This document shows positions 44,352-53,877 of a stretch of DNA of 64,000 bases, one piece after another. Made by a program: the position numbers and the translations under genes. The DNA comes from a virus. Below the pieces are notes generated by a model that was given only the letters and a program-made list of their open reading frames with translations, had not been told where the DNA came from and ran no database searches. Within the stretch, counting starts at the first letter, position 1. The number at the start of each line of letters is the position of its first letter. The stretch spans positions 1 through 64,000 of IMG/VR virus record IMGVR_UViG_3300034121_000527; one strand, written 5' to 3'.

Positions 44352-45217
44352 TTCCAGCATTCCTTTTTATATGGGCAAAACTTACATCCACTAGAATTTT
44401 TGTCGTACGCCCAATCCGGTGTATCGGGAAGGGTGTCCTCTTCTAAATGGTACATAACTGTTTTACAGTTATCTAGTATTGGCTGCATAATTTCTTCTTG
44501 GTAATTTACCGTAAACTCTTTTACCTCTTGTGTGGGCTTCCACTCGTAGATAAACACAATACTGTCATGCCCTGTGCAATACATGTACACATGGCCTTGT
44601 CGAACGTGTGAAGCAAAAGGCTTTTTAATGTTCTTCCAAAGTCCATCAAGAGTAAGTTCGCCACTTGAGTACGCTTTAAAAAGAGTTGGGTGATCCCATC
44701 TAACAGTTCCTAGCCCTACGCTCTTTATCTCAATAAGGGCTCTACCATCCGCATCCACAACTTCTCCATCGGCGTGACCGAGTATTCGGTGTGCATCGTT
44801 ACGTACAGGTACCTCCCTATAACGAAAGGCATTACTAGAACAAACAGGGCAGCACTTAGGAGAAACACCTTCCCAGCGTTCATTACAATCTTCACATTCC
44901 CAGGTTCCCCCAAGAATGCCAGCTTGCTGAATCCACTTTTGCCACTTTGCGTGTATTGCATGGCCCTCCTCAAAAACGTTAAGGCGACTAAAGGCTAAGG
45001 ATTCTTCTGCCGCAGGGTATTGTTTAATTTTATACCATGCGGCTCTAGCACACCAGTCCTTTTTAGAAAGTTCTGAAGGGTGTAGATGCTCTGTGTCTCT
45101 AGTGCTATTGCGCTCTTTACTATTAAGAGCCACTTGAGTTTGTATTGCTGGGAGGATTCTTCCCTTAACTTTTGCTAGATCTTTGTAGTTCTTTGTGTAC
45201 CACGGGGTATCAGTCAT
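44348..45217 (-). CDS. Cas4-like / RecB-family exonuclease
   Basis: HPS....C.R...G..IH, GHADG...EIKS, Q...Y, C..CPY...C. Confidence 0.85.
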   Translation of the reverse strand: MTDTPWYTKNYKDLAKVKGRILPAIQTQVALNSKERNSTRDTEHLHPSELSKKDWCARAAWYKIKQYPAAEESLAFSRLNVFEEGHAIHAKWQKWIQQAGILGGTWECEDCNERWEGVSPKCCPVCSSNAFRYREVPVRNDAHRILGHADGEVVDADGRALIEIKSVGLGTVRWDHPTLFKAYSSGELTLDGLWKNIKKPFASHVRQGHVYMYCTGHDSIVFIYEWKPTQEVKEFTVNYQEEIMQPILDNCKTVMYHLEEDTLPDTPDWAYDKNSSGCKFCPYKKECWK

Positions 45218-45350
45218 TTGTTTCCTTTGGAAAAGCAGCGATGATATCTTCAACGCTCTTATTTTTCCAGTTGTACATTGATGCAATGATTCTTGCTAGG
45301 TGTGCGCAATCGCTACGTAACTTTTCAAGTTCGTTAGGTGTGTCAGTCAT
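45210..45350 (-). CDS. Small hypothetical protein
   Basis: GAGG SD; MTDTPNELEKLR. Confidence 0.55.
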   Translation of the reverse strand: MTDTPNELEKLRSDCAHLARIIASMYNWKNKSVEDIIAAFPKETND

Positions 45351-45519
45351 TTTGTGCCTCTTCGTAGTTATACATTGCTGGAATTGATCTGTTCCTACAT
45401 GGTTTGCAGTTGTCCATGTGGGCTGCCGCCATGTATAAATCATAGGCAATCTTTTTCCATTTGTTACGTTCTTCTAATAAAGCCATGTAACTAATGGGCT
45501 CTGTGTTTGGGTTACTCAT
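45343..45519 (-). CDS. Small hypothetical protein (58 aa)
   Basis: ATGA overlap; EERNKWKKIAYDLY. Confidence 0.55.
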   Translation of the reverse strand: MSNPNTEPISYMALLEERNKWKKIAYDLYMAAAHMDNCKPCRNRSIPAMYNYEEAQND

Positions 45520-45845
45520 GCTTCTCCAATAAGCATTTGAAAATCAGCTTCGTTCAATACTACATAGTGACGACCACCCAAGTCAAATTGCAAAACAGGT
45601 AGTCTGTCTTCTAGTACTGCACGTTGTGTTAACTCTACCAGCTCTTGAGACTTAACTGAATATGATTTAACATTATTTGTAAGTTTGTTCTCAATAAGCA
45701 TCTCGTGAGTGCGCACATCATTCTTGCGCATCCAACCAGATCCTGACCCTGCATTACGACTTCCATTGTAAATCTTTGCAGAACGGTTTTCTTGTTTCTT
45801 GGAAGCCTTCATTATTGAACGCTTTTCTTCTTTACCAAACATCAT
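45516..45845 (-). CDS. PD-(D/E)XK nuclease (resolvase-like)
   Basis: S.KQE.R.AK...G.R..GSG...K.DV...IENK.T. Confidence 0.75.
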   Translation of the reverse strand: MMFGKEEKRSIMKASKKQENRSAKIYNGSRNAGSGSGWMRKNDVRTHEMLIENKLTNNVKSYSVKSQELVELTQRAVLEDRLPVLQFDLGGRHYVVLNEADFQMLIGEA

Positions 45846-46861
45846 AGGAAATACTCCGTAGCTTTCTGTCTTAGCTCTGCTTGCATGTCTAGATCTTCAC
45901 GAACAGCATTGAGTAATGCTTCCTTACCTTGCCATTTCTGACCGTTGTAGTTATAGTAAGCCCCACCTCGTGTAATGATTTCTACCGAGATGCAGATGTT
46001 AACAATATCTTTTATTGTGTCAAATTCCCCAAGTTTAAAACCGTTTGCCTCTGAGAAGTAGAAATCTACGACGGCAACCTGCTGTGGACGGTATGTCTTG
46101 TTCTTCATGGTGCGAGCACGTATAGTCTGACCTACTGGCTCATCCTTTTCTTTAATCCACTCGTCACGCTTAACTTCTACTCTGGCAAAGTAGTGGAAGT
46201 TCTTGGCCTTACCACCTGGGGTAGTTCGTGGGTCACCATACATGACGCCAATCTTTTCACGCCATTGGTTGATAATCAAACCTGTACAACCACGGTCTTC
46301 TACGACCATTGAGCGTTTCTGTGCCTTGCTACTCTTGCGGAAGAACTTACCTGTAAGACGTGCTCCTAAACCCATCGTGAACTCATCCATCATCTTTTCT
46401 GCTTCATCACCTGGGACTAGGGCAGGTAAAGAATCAAGAATGATGCAATCAACAGCACGGTTTTCCATTGCACGAATAATCAAGTCATAAACTTGTTCCA
46501 TGATGTTGGTTTCAACTACCCAAAGTCGGTCAAGGTCTACACCAATTGCTTTGGCATAATCCGGTACAAACTCTTCAGCAGCAATCCACATAGCTACCCA
46601 CTCGGGATCTAGTGCTTGGTTAGCCGCAATAGTTTTGTAAGCAAGTGCAGTCTTGCCTGAGGATTCATCCCCAATAATCTCAGACCACTGGTTTGCTGGC
46701 CATCCTCCGCCAAGCATTAAGTCATAGGCAAGAATACCTGTAGTAATACGGGGTACTTCTTCTTTGACTTGATTACCTTGGACAATTATGTTTTCGCCGT
46801 ACTTTTTATTGATTGCGGAGATGATTGAATCAAGGCTCTCGCGTGTTGCATCAATGCGCAT
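45842..46861 (-). CDS. recA: RecA/UvsX recombinase
   Basis: GGG.P...GDESSGKT, LDSL.AL, INQ.REKIGVMYG.P.TTPGG.A. Confidence 0.95.
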   Translation of the reverse strand: MRIDATRESLDSIISAINKKYGENIIVQGNQVKEEVPRITTGILAYDLMLGGGWPANQWSEIIGDESSGKTALAYKTIAANQALDPEWVAMWIAAEEFVPDYAKAIGVDLDRLWVVETNIMEQVYDLIIRAMENRAVDCIILDSLPALVPGDEAEKMMDEFTMGLGARLTGKFFRKSSKAQKRSMVVEDRGCTGLIINQWREKIGVMYGDPRTTPGGKAKNFHYFARVEVKRDEWIKEKDEPVGQTIRARTMKNKTYRPQQVAVVDFYFSEANGFKLGEFDTIKDIVNICISVEIITRGGAYYNYNGQKWQGKEALLNAVREDLDMQAELRQKATEYFL

Positions 46862-46875
46862 TTGTTTCCTTTTTG

Positions 46876-47280
46876 TTAGACGCCCCAGGAACTCTGGGAA
46901 GCTTGGTCATACATGCCATTCCAGCCACATTCAAAACATCTTGGTGCTGGTGACTTACCTTGAATACTTGTGCTTGCTGCTCTAGAACTGCGTGTAAATA
47001 CGTTAGGGCTACCACATTCAGGGCAAGTAACGTCCCCTTGTTTTTTGGCAGCTTCCCCACCCTTCCATAGTCTTAACGCTTCACCCATTGTAATTTGTGC
47101 TTGTGAATCTAAATCTGGGCGTAAAACGCGTTGTGGTTCATCAGGACCTTGTTGAGGGATTACTGGTTGCGGGAATCTGATAGCACCAGAGGTAGGTGGT
47201 ATAACTGGGTTGAAGCTACGGTTGGTAGATGTAACGGGCTTTTCTCCACTTAGTTTTTTTGACCACCAGTCACTGCTCAT
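46876..47280 (-). CDS. Zinc-ribbon hypothetical protein
   Basis: WW..KL start; CPECGS...RCFECG. Confidence 0.7.
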   Translation of the reverse strand: MSSDWWSKKLSGEKPVTSTNRSFNPVIPPTSGAIRFPQPVIPQQGPDEPQRVLRPDLDSQAQITMGEALRLWKGGEAAKKQGDVTCPECGSPNVFTRSSRAASTSIQGKSPAPRCFECGWNGMYDQASQSSWGV

Positions 47281-47737
47281 CTTCTTCGTCCTCCTCCTCA
47301 TAATCGTCTTCGTCATAGTCTAGGTCATCTAGTGCCGCTGAAAGCATCATTTCAACTAAAGATTCCATTGTTTTTGTCATAGATGGATCAGAGGTTAAAG
47401 TTTCATCAATAGATATTATATCTTGATCTACTAGATGCGCAATGGTAGCTACTGCAAATGATGTAATAATATTTTCAGTAGCTTTTAAGGTTACTTCATC
47501 AAAGTCATTGTTCTCTCGAAGGACTGTTATCATCCATGAGGCACATTCTTTTAAATGATGTAGTACTCCTGTATTAGATAATATAAACCACTTTTGCATA
47601 GTGTCTATAATCTCGTGTTCTTGAACATCCGGAGACGGCACAGAGAACCCAGCAGTGTGAGCTAACTTTTGACCCTCCAATATAGATAGAGTCAGATAGA
47701 AGTTACGTTCTTCTACTGGGCTTGAAGCCATGATCAT
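47270..47737 (-). CDS. Hypothetical protein with acidic tail
   Basis: ATGA overlap with polA. Confidence 0.7.
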   Translation of the reverse strand: MIMASSPVEERNFYLTLSILEGQKLAHTAGFSVPSPDVQEHEIIDTMQKWFILSNTGVLHHLKECASWMITVLRENNDFDEVTLKATENIITSFAVATIAHLVDQDIISIDETLTSDPSMTKTMESLVEMMLSAALDDLDYDEDDYEEEDEEDEQ

Positions 47738-49821
47738 CCTTTCGCCTCCGACCAGTTATAAGCTGAGTGGCAAGACACTCTTAGTGGTATTCCACTAATA
47801 ATGTTACCATCACCCATGGCATTTATAAATAAAGGTTGGATTACGTCCACTGAGTCTTCTGGAACCATTGCTACTAGTTCGTCATGTACTTGAACAAGTA
47901 TCTTAGAGTCTGTATCTTTGAGTACTTCATAAACGTCAATCATAGCTTTTTTACAGATATCAGCTGCTGATCCTTGAACCACCGCATTAACGGCCTGACG
48001 TTCTGCTCTAGAACGCAACATATAGTCGTCTGATCGTAAGTCAGGTAGTCTGCGGCGGCGACCTGAGATGGTTTTTACATACCCCATTTTTATACCCTCG
48101 TCAATAATTGACTTCTTCCATTTAGTTATTCCTGAGAACTGTTTATAGTACTGGTCAATAACAAACCGTGCGTGCTCTTCGTCAACGCCAGTTGTTCGTG
48201 CCAGTTTTTGAGGGCCTCCACCATAGGCAGTTAGGAAGTTAACCCCTTTTCCAAGCTGTCTTTCTTCTGAAGTAACTTCCTCAACTGGTTTACCCAAGAT
48301 AAGAGCAGCTGCTCCAGAGTGGATGTCATCGCCATTGAGAAAGAATTCGCTCATTTTCTTATCTCCTGAGAACATGCACATAACACGAAGCTCAATCTGG
48401 TCATAGTCAGCTACTAGTAGGACATTTCCTGGAGTGGCCACAAACAAGCTACGAACACTGCTGTCTCTTGGGATATTTTGTAGGTTGGGGTTACTTGAGG
48501 ACAAACGACCAGTGGCAGTTCTGTGTAAGTGGAATGACGGATGTAAAGAACCCTTATTCAGCTTTGTAAGCAACCCATCAACATAGGTTGACTTAACCTT
48601 TTTTGTTTCTGCCCAGTCAATTAACATTGGAACAATTGGGTGTTTGGCCTCAAGGTTGTGTAAAGCCTCTTCGTCTACTGAGGCTGAGCCCTTTTCTGTA
48701 AACTTGGTGGGCTTTAGACCAAGACCACCCTCCCGCTTCTTTGTAAACAACAACTGTTGTTTGTGTTTAGGGCTATCTGGGTTGAATCCAGGGGGAGCGT
48801 AGTCCATCATGTTTAGAAGCAAATTGTTTAGACTTTTGTCTAGTTCAACACCTAGCTTCTTCATAGATCTGTAGTCAACAGGTATACCTGTATCTTCCAT
48901 TTCCATAAGGACACGTATAACTTCCATGTCTTGGCGTAAGCATGACAGTAGTTCTTCTTTGTTTTGAATCTTCTGCCAAAGGATCTTGTACAAGTGCCAG
49001 GTCCATTTGGCATCTAGGTGCACATACTTTGTTGCTTTTGAAAAAGGAACCAAAGTTATCATTGCACCAAGTTTCCCATCTTGATGGTAGGGGTTAAACC
49101 CACCAAAGTTATGGGCTATTAGTTTATCCAGGCTGTACTCAGACAGATTCTCATTTAAGATATGCTGTGCGATCATTGTGTCAATGAACGGGCCCTCTGG
49201 CAGTTCATTATTAAAATACTTACGAACAGATCTTGCATCAAACTTGACGTTATGGCCAATCTTTACAAGATCACCAAAGAATATAGGTTCAAGTTCCTTA
49301 AAAACCTCAGTTCGAGACAGCTGTTCCGGAGCAGGGGAAAACACTGCTGGGATATAATACCTACCCTTAGCCATTGACTCCTTACCATTAGCCAGGAGTT
49401 TACGGTAGCCGCTTGGAGGAATGGTAGAGCCATCACCGCGTTCTTCAGGGATAATGATTTCGCCGTTGGGATGCCCCATTGGAATTGCCCATGAATGACC
49501 CTCTGTAGCAAGCCCAAGCCAAAATACTTCATTGCGCATTGGATCTAACGCAAGAGTGTTTGCCCATTTGTTTACAAGGATTTCTTTTGATCGGGCAATT
49601 ACATCTTCAGAGGTTGTTTTAATGGTTGTGGCGTGTGTTTCCCATTCCTGGTCAATCCAAGCCATAACATCAGAATGCCGTTCTACAATACCTCGGGTTT
49701 CAACGTCAAATGCAAACGCCCCTACTTCAGTAATTGTAGCTACAATTTCCTGTAACTCTTCTATTGTAGATACAACATGGGGGGCCGTTAAGCCCCCCAT
49801 GCAACCATTAAACTGGTTCAT
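47734..49821 (-). CDS. polA: Family A DNA polymerase with 3'-5' exonuclease
   Basis: FDVET, HNVKFD, TGRLSS.NPNLQNIP, ADYDQIELR, K.VNF...YG, QGSAAD, QVHDE. Confidence 0.95.
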   Translation of the reverse strand: MNQFNGCMGGLTAPHVVSTIEELQEIVATITEVGAFAFDVETRGIVERHSDVMAWIDQEWETHATTIKTTSEDVIARSKEILVNKWANTLALDPMRNEVFWLGLATEGHSWAIPMGHPNGEIIIPEERGDGSTIPPSGYRKLLANGKESMAKGRYYIPAVFSPAPEQLSRTEVFKELEPIFFGDLVKIGHNVKFDARSVRKYFNNELPEGPFIDTMIAQHILNENLSEYSLDKLIAHNFGGFNPYHQDGKLGAMITLVPFSKATKYVHLDAKWTWHLYKILWQKIQNKEELLSCLRQDMEVIRVLMEMEDTGIPVDYRSMKKLGVELDKSLNNLLLNMMDYAPPGFNPDSPKHKQQLLFTKKREGGLGLKPTKFTEKGSASVDEEALHNLEAKHPIVPMLIDWAETKKVKSTYVDGLLTKLNKGSLHPSFHLHRTATGRLSSSNPNLQNIPRDSSVRSLFVATPGNVLLVADYDQIELRVMCMFSGDKKMSEFFLNGDDIHSGAAALILGKPVEEVTSEERQLGKGVNFLTAYGGGPQKLARTTGVDEEHARFVIDQYYKQFSGITKWKKSIIDEGIKMGYVKTISGRRRRLPDLRSDDYMLRSRAERQAVNAVVQGSAADICKKAMIDVYEVLKDTDSKILVQVHDELVAMVPEDSVDVIQPLFINAMGDGNIISGIPLRVSCHSAYNWSEAKG

Positions 49822-49822
49822 C

Positions 49823-50518
49823 TCAGTCTGCCAAATCTTCTAAGGCAATCTGAGTAAGGTCCTTGCGGGTTGGGATTTGGATAATTTCAGGGGTGTAGGC
49901 ATCCTTGCGGAAAACCTTTAAGTCATCTTCGGTAAGACCGTCAATATTCCACTCTTCAAGATCTCGTTCCTTAACTAACTGATGGTTAGTTGCAGAAGTT
50001 GCACCCTTGCCTGAACGGCTGACCGCCCAGTAGTGCTTGGAAAGTGGTCCCTGTCGTGGGTCAATGTGGAAGTTCTTAAGTTGGTCAATAACTCGTGGTC
50101 CAACTTCATAGGACTTGTGCATTGGTTCAGCATCTGAAGACAACAACACTACGTTAAACGCAAATCGTGTTGAGGGTCGGCTACCTGCATCACAAAGCGG
50201 ACAACCCTTGGGGTCTAGGTCAGCAATGCAAGTAAAAGACTTCTGACCAGTACGTTCTACCCAGTGTTGGCGGTAGGTGGCGTACGGCTCATCTTCAAGA
50301 AACTTAATAATGGTTGTATCTTCTGAAATACGTAATCTCTGTGCGTATGGGGAATCTGCTGATTTAGCTTGCTCTACAGCACCCCAACCACTACGGATTA
50401 CTTTGGTAGCCACAGCGGGCTTGTCATCATCATCATCATCGATTTTGCGGCTTGCACGTGTTGGCTTTGCCGCTTCTTCCATGATTTCTGTTTCGTCGTC
50501 GTCGTCGTATCTGCTCAT
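49823..50518 (-). CDS. Single-stranded DNA-binding protein (gp32-like)
   Basis: IKFL...Y.QHW...C...CPLC; acidic; adjacent to polA. Confidence 0.65.
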   Translation of the reverse strand: MSRYDDDDETEIMEEAAKPTRASRKIDDDDDDKPAVATKVIRSGWGAVEQAKSADSPYAQRLRISEDTTIIKFLEDEPYATYRQHWVERTGQKSFTCIADLDPKGCPLCDAGSRPSTRFAFNVVLLSSDAEPMHKSYEVGPRVIDQLKNFHIDPRQGPLSKHYWAVSRSGKGATSATNHQLVKERDLEEWNIDGLTEDDLKVFRKDAYTPEIIQIPTRKDLTQIALEDLAD

Positions 50519-50538
50519 TATTTTGTCCTTTGTGTTTG

Positions 50539-50979
50539 TTAGTTGGGCCATTTTTGTTTTATGTATTTTCTGAATCCATCCCAGTTGGCCTTTGCTGGGT
50601 TGGAAATTTGAAACTGATCAACAGCGTCAATCAGAAACTCTACCTGCTCCAAACTGTAAAGTCTACGACCTTTCAAAGTTTTTCCAGGAATTTGTTGGCC
50701 ACGTGGTGTGGGGGTTCTAAAAGTGGCTCTAGGTATCCACCCCTGTTGCTCCCACATCCTAATGGTCACCGGCTTTCTATCTAATGCCTTAGCAAGTTCT
50801 CCAACAGAAAAGAACATACGCTCTTCTCCAGACATATGGAAAACCTTACCACGTGCACCATTTAGTCTATCTTCAAGTCTTGAATCTTTTTTCTTGGCAC
50901 TTTCTCTATTTTTAGGAGGAGTTTTACCAGGATAGTCAGGTAGATCGTTGAAGAAGTCTAACGGGTCTTTGGGCATCAT
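50539..50979 (-). CDS. MerR-like HTH DNA-binding protein
   Basis: FSVGELAKAL.R.P.TIR.WE..G.IP...RRLYS. Confidence 0.8.
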   Translation of the reverse strand: MMPKDPLDFFNDLPDYPGKTPPKNRESAKKKDSRLEDRLNGARGKVFHMSGEERMFFSVGELAKALDRKPVTIRMWEQQGWIPRATFRTPTPRGQQIPGKTLKGRRLYSLEQVEFLIDAVDQFQISNPAKANWDGFRKYIKQKWPN

Positions 50980-51404
50980 TCGTCTCCGTAACTCTTGCCC
51001 TCTACGACTTTAAACGCCCATGATTCTTTTTTGACATAAAGCTCGTCAAGTTCAAGTTTTAGTTCTGGGTTATCCCATACTTTACCTAAAAGCTTATCTT
51101 CGCTAAGTATTCTTACTTCTTCAGAGACGTCTTTCCACATGTTCTTAGATCTAGCCCACTGTTCTGCAGCATGGTTATCTAGGTTGATAGACACACGACG
51201 TTCTCTTTTAAGTTGGTGCTCTCCTGCAGGGAGCCACTTGTGTCCTTTGTCATCAACGTCTCCGAAAGAATCTACTTGGCTGCTCAGCTCTTTTTTAATC
51301 TTGTCTAGGCGCTCTTGGTATTTTTCAATAAGGCTCTTTAAGTTTACGTATTCAGTAACTATGCGTCCTAGGTCAATTTCATGGATCTTTGAGTTATTAC
51401 TCAT
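50976..51404 (-). CDS. Coiled-coil hypothetical protein
   Basis: AGGAG SD before MSNNSK. Confidence 0.7.
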   Translation of the reverse strand: MSNNSKIHEIDLGRIVTEYVNLKSLIEKYQERLDKIKKELSSQVDSFGDVDDKGHKWLPAGEHQLKRERRVSINLDNHAAEQWARSKNMWKDVSEEVRILSEDKLLGKVWDNPELKLELDELYVKKESWAFKVVEGKSYGDE

Positions 51405-51411
51405 GGTGCTC

Positions 51412-52959
51412 CTATACGTGTGAGTCACGCAGAAATTGCGTGAGGCTTCCTAGTGTTATGTCAAACCCACCACGAACATCATGGTGTTTTCCATCTACAA
51501 ATGCTTCATTAATTGAACGTTTTTGTTGAAGCATTTCGTATTGGCGTTCCTCAATACTACCCTGCATAACAAAAGTTGCAATAGTAACGTGAGGAAATTC
51601 TGAAGAAAGTCTAATAATTCTTGCTTCTCTTTGTTCAAGTTTTCCACTGCTCCATGGAAGGTCATATGAAATTAGATAGTTGGCCATAGGTAAGTCAACA
51701 CCATACCCACCAGCATCTGAGGAGAGGAACAACCTGGTATCTGGGTCAGTACCAAACTGTTGTTTAGAATTATCGCGATCTTCCGCTGACATCCCGCCCA
51801 TAAATAAAACACTCTTTGTTAACTTAGAGGTGGATTCTTTAATCAATCTTAGGTTTTCTTTAAAGAAAGAAAATAGAACTACTTTATTCTTGGGGTCAGC
51901 ACTAAGGACTTCTTCAATGTACTCAACTACTGCATTAAGTTTGGGGGTGTCTATCGCTTTAGATAGGTAACCTCTTGCGTCAATGTCAAATGCGTAAGCA
52001 CTCCCCTCATTGGGGCGTTTTGGGTCTGCGTATATTGCAGCGGATCTTGATACGAGGTTTGGGTTGTCACACAACATTCTAAGGACGGTCAGTCTAGACA
52101 TGATTTGCCCTTGTGCTTCGTTAGAAGCTGGGTCGTTGTAGTGTTTCCATAAGTTGAAAGAACCACCGTGCTTAGACATGGCTTGCTGAAGTTGGTGTAG
52201 TAGGTCAATTGCAATAGTTCTGTATAAGGTTGCCCCATGGGTATCAAATGGTACGGGGATTAATTGATGGATAATTTCAGGAAGCTGATCAGCAATGTCT
52301 TCTCGAGTTTTTCTGATCATGCAGTCTTCCATTGAAGAATGTAGGTTGTTTAAGTTTCGATAGCGCACGGGTTTACCATAGTAATCACGAACTATGAAGG
52401 TTCTATCAAAGGCATCAAATGGACCAAGTACCGTTGGGTCAACAAACTCCATGATGGAGAACAACTCTTCTGGTCGGTTTTCAATTGGCTGGCCGGTTAG
52501 AGCGTACCTGTATACCATTGGTTTGGATATTCTTTTTACCATCTTAGAGCGTTTACTTGAACGGGATTTAAGCATGGTTGCTTCGTCCACCACAATTGCT
52601 TGACATGGGATGCGTTTAAAGAACTCTAGGTCTCTAATAAGACATTCAGTATTAACAATCACATACTGTGATGAAATGGCTGCTTTCCAAAGTTTCTCTC
52701 TAGTCTTTGCAGGGCCATCAATAACAGTTACTCTGGAGTTTGTAAACCTCTGTATTTCACGTTTCCACTGGTACTTGAGTGATGCTGGGACAACAACTAA
52801 ACATCGATCAATATCTCTGTTGACTAAGAGGGTTTCTATGCAAGAGATAGTTGTAACGGTTTTTCCTGCTCCCATAACAAGTCCAAGAAGTACTTGACCA
52901 CGGTCAAGCATCTTTTCAACTGATTCTTCTTGGTATGGGTAAAGGGAACCTGTAAACAT
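51412..52959 (-). CDS. SNF2-family helicase
   Basis: MGAGKT, DEAT, LTG.PIEN, YDLPW...QR..RI.R. Confidence 0.9.
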   Translation of the reverse strand: MFTGSLYPYQEESVEKMLDRGQVLLGLVMGAGKTVTTISCIETLLVNRDIDRCLVVVPASLKYQWKREIQRFTNSRVTVIDGPAKTREKLWKAAISSQYVIVNTECLIRDLEFFKRIPCQAIVVDEATMLKSRSSKRSKMVKRISKPMVYRYALTGQPIENRPEELFSIMEFVDPTVLGPFDAFDRTFIVRDYYGKPVRYRNLNNLHSSMEDCMIRKTREDIADQLPEIIHQLIPVPFDTHGATLYRTIAIDLLHQLQQAMSKHGGSFNLWKHYNDPASNEAQGQIMSRLTVLRMLCDNPNLVSRSAAIYADPKRPNEGSAYAFDIDARGYLSKAIDTPKLNAVVEYIEEVLSADPKNKVVLFSFFKENLRLIKESTSKLTKSVLFMGGMSAEDRDNSKQQFGTDPDTRLFLSSDAGGYGVDLPMANYLISYDLPWSSGKLEQREARIIRLSSEFPHVTIATFVMQGSIEERQYEMLQQKRSINEAFVDGKHHDVRGGFDITLGSLTQFLRDSHV

Positions 52960-53877
52960 CTAAGCAATCCATGGGGGCATAATCTTGGCTGTTTCTAAAC
53001 CAACCTCAATTTCAACGTCCGTCATATCTCCTATATCTTTAGCATCAGTATTTTTGTAGTTCCACCAGTACAACCCTTTGCGAGGTGTACCAAGTGCGTG
53101 GTAAAGCTTCTTACTAGATTCTACACCAGCTTTATCGTTATCCATTGCTACTATAACTTTATCAGCTAAATGCAGTATAAGGTCTATTTGCTCTTGAGAT
53201 ACATACGCACCAAAAGTTCCAAGTGCTTGGGCTTTATCCGTTACCTTGGCAAACCTAATAACATCTAATGGTGACTCTACAATAACTGCTGTTGAGCTGC
53301 GGAAACGTTCAACTCCAAATAGGGTCTTAGATTTCTTTACCCCAGTTGGAAAATTTAATACACTACCTAATCTTTTTTCTTGCCAACCATCCAACCGTCC
53401 AGTAGCAGACATGATTGGGATGGCCCAGGATTTATTCTTGGGGTTCCAACGTACACCATATCGGTGTGTTATCTCAGGGTCTAAGTTGCGAGAATTGCAT
53501 AACCGTTCTGGAACTCGGTCAAATCCAAAGAAGGCATCGCGATCTACAAACACATCTTCTTGTTGGGCTTTGCCCTCTATCAAAGTTTTGTAGCTTGCGT
53601 CTACAATCATCTTCTGTATTTCAATCCCAGAGTCACCCCCTGAGAGCTCATACAATAAAGATGAGAGCGACCCACGTGCTCCACATGAGAAGCAGATCCA
53701 TAACCCAGTTGTGGCATTCATGCTCCAAGACGGAGAATTGTCTGGTTTGCCAACTGTTCTGATGTGAACTGGGCATTTACCAGTTATTTCTTTGTCTCCA
53801 ACTCTTTTAACCTCCACCCCTAGTGATTCTAGGACTTGGGCCAAGTTAGTCGAATGAGGGGTTGATGTGGTCGTCAT
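52960..53877 (-). CDS. dnaG: DNA primase (CHC2 zinc finger + TOPRIM)
   Basis: CPVH...D..PS...CFSCG..G; VES.LD; D.D.AG; KD.GD. Confidence 0.88.
   Translation of the reverse strand: MTTTSTPHSTNLAQVLESLGVEVKRVGDKEITGKCPVHIRTVGKPDNSPSWSMNATTGLWICFSCGARGSLSSLLYELSGGDSGIEIQKMIVDASYKTLIEGKAQQEDVFVDRDAFFGFDRVPERLCNSRNLDPEITHRYGVRWNPKNKSWAIPIMSATGRLDGWQEKRLGSVLNFPTGVKKSKTLFGVERFRSSTAVIVESPLDVIRFAKVTDKAQALGTFGAYVSQEQIDLILHLADKVIVAMDNDKAGVESSKKLYHALGTPRKGLYWWNYKNTDAKDIGDMTDVEIEVGLETAKIMPPWIA

Noticed and set aside
44348-45217. Cas4-like gene as part of a CRISPR system
   Set aside because: No cas1/cas2 or repeat-spacer array; it sits in a RecA/resolvase operon as typical solo phage exonucleases do.
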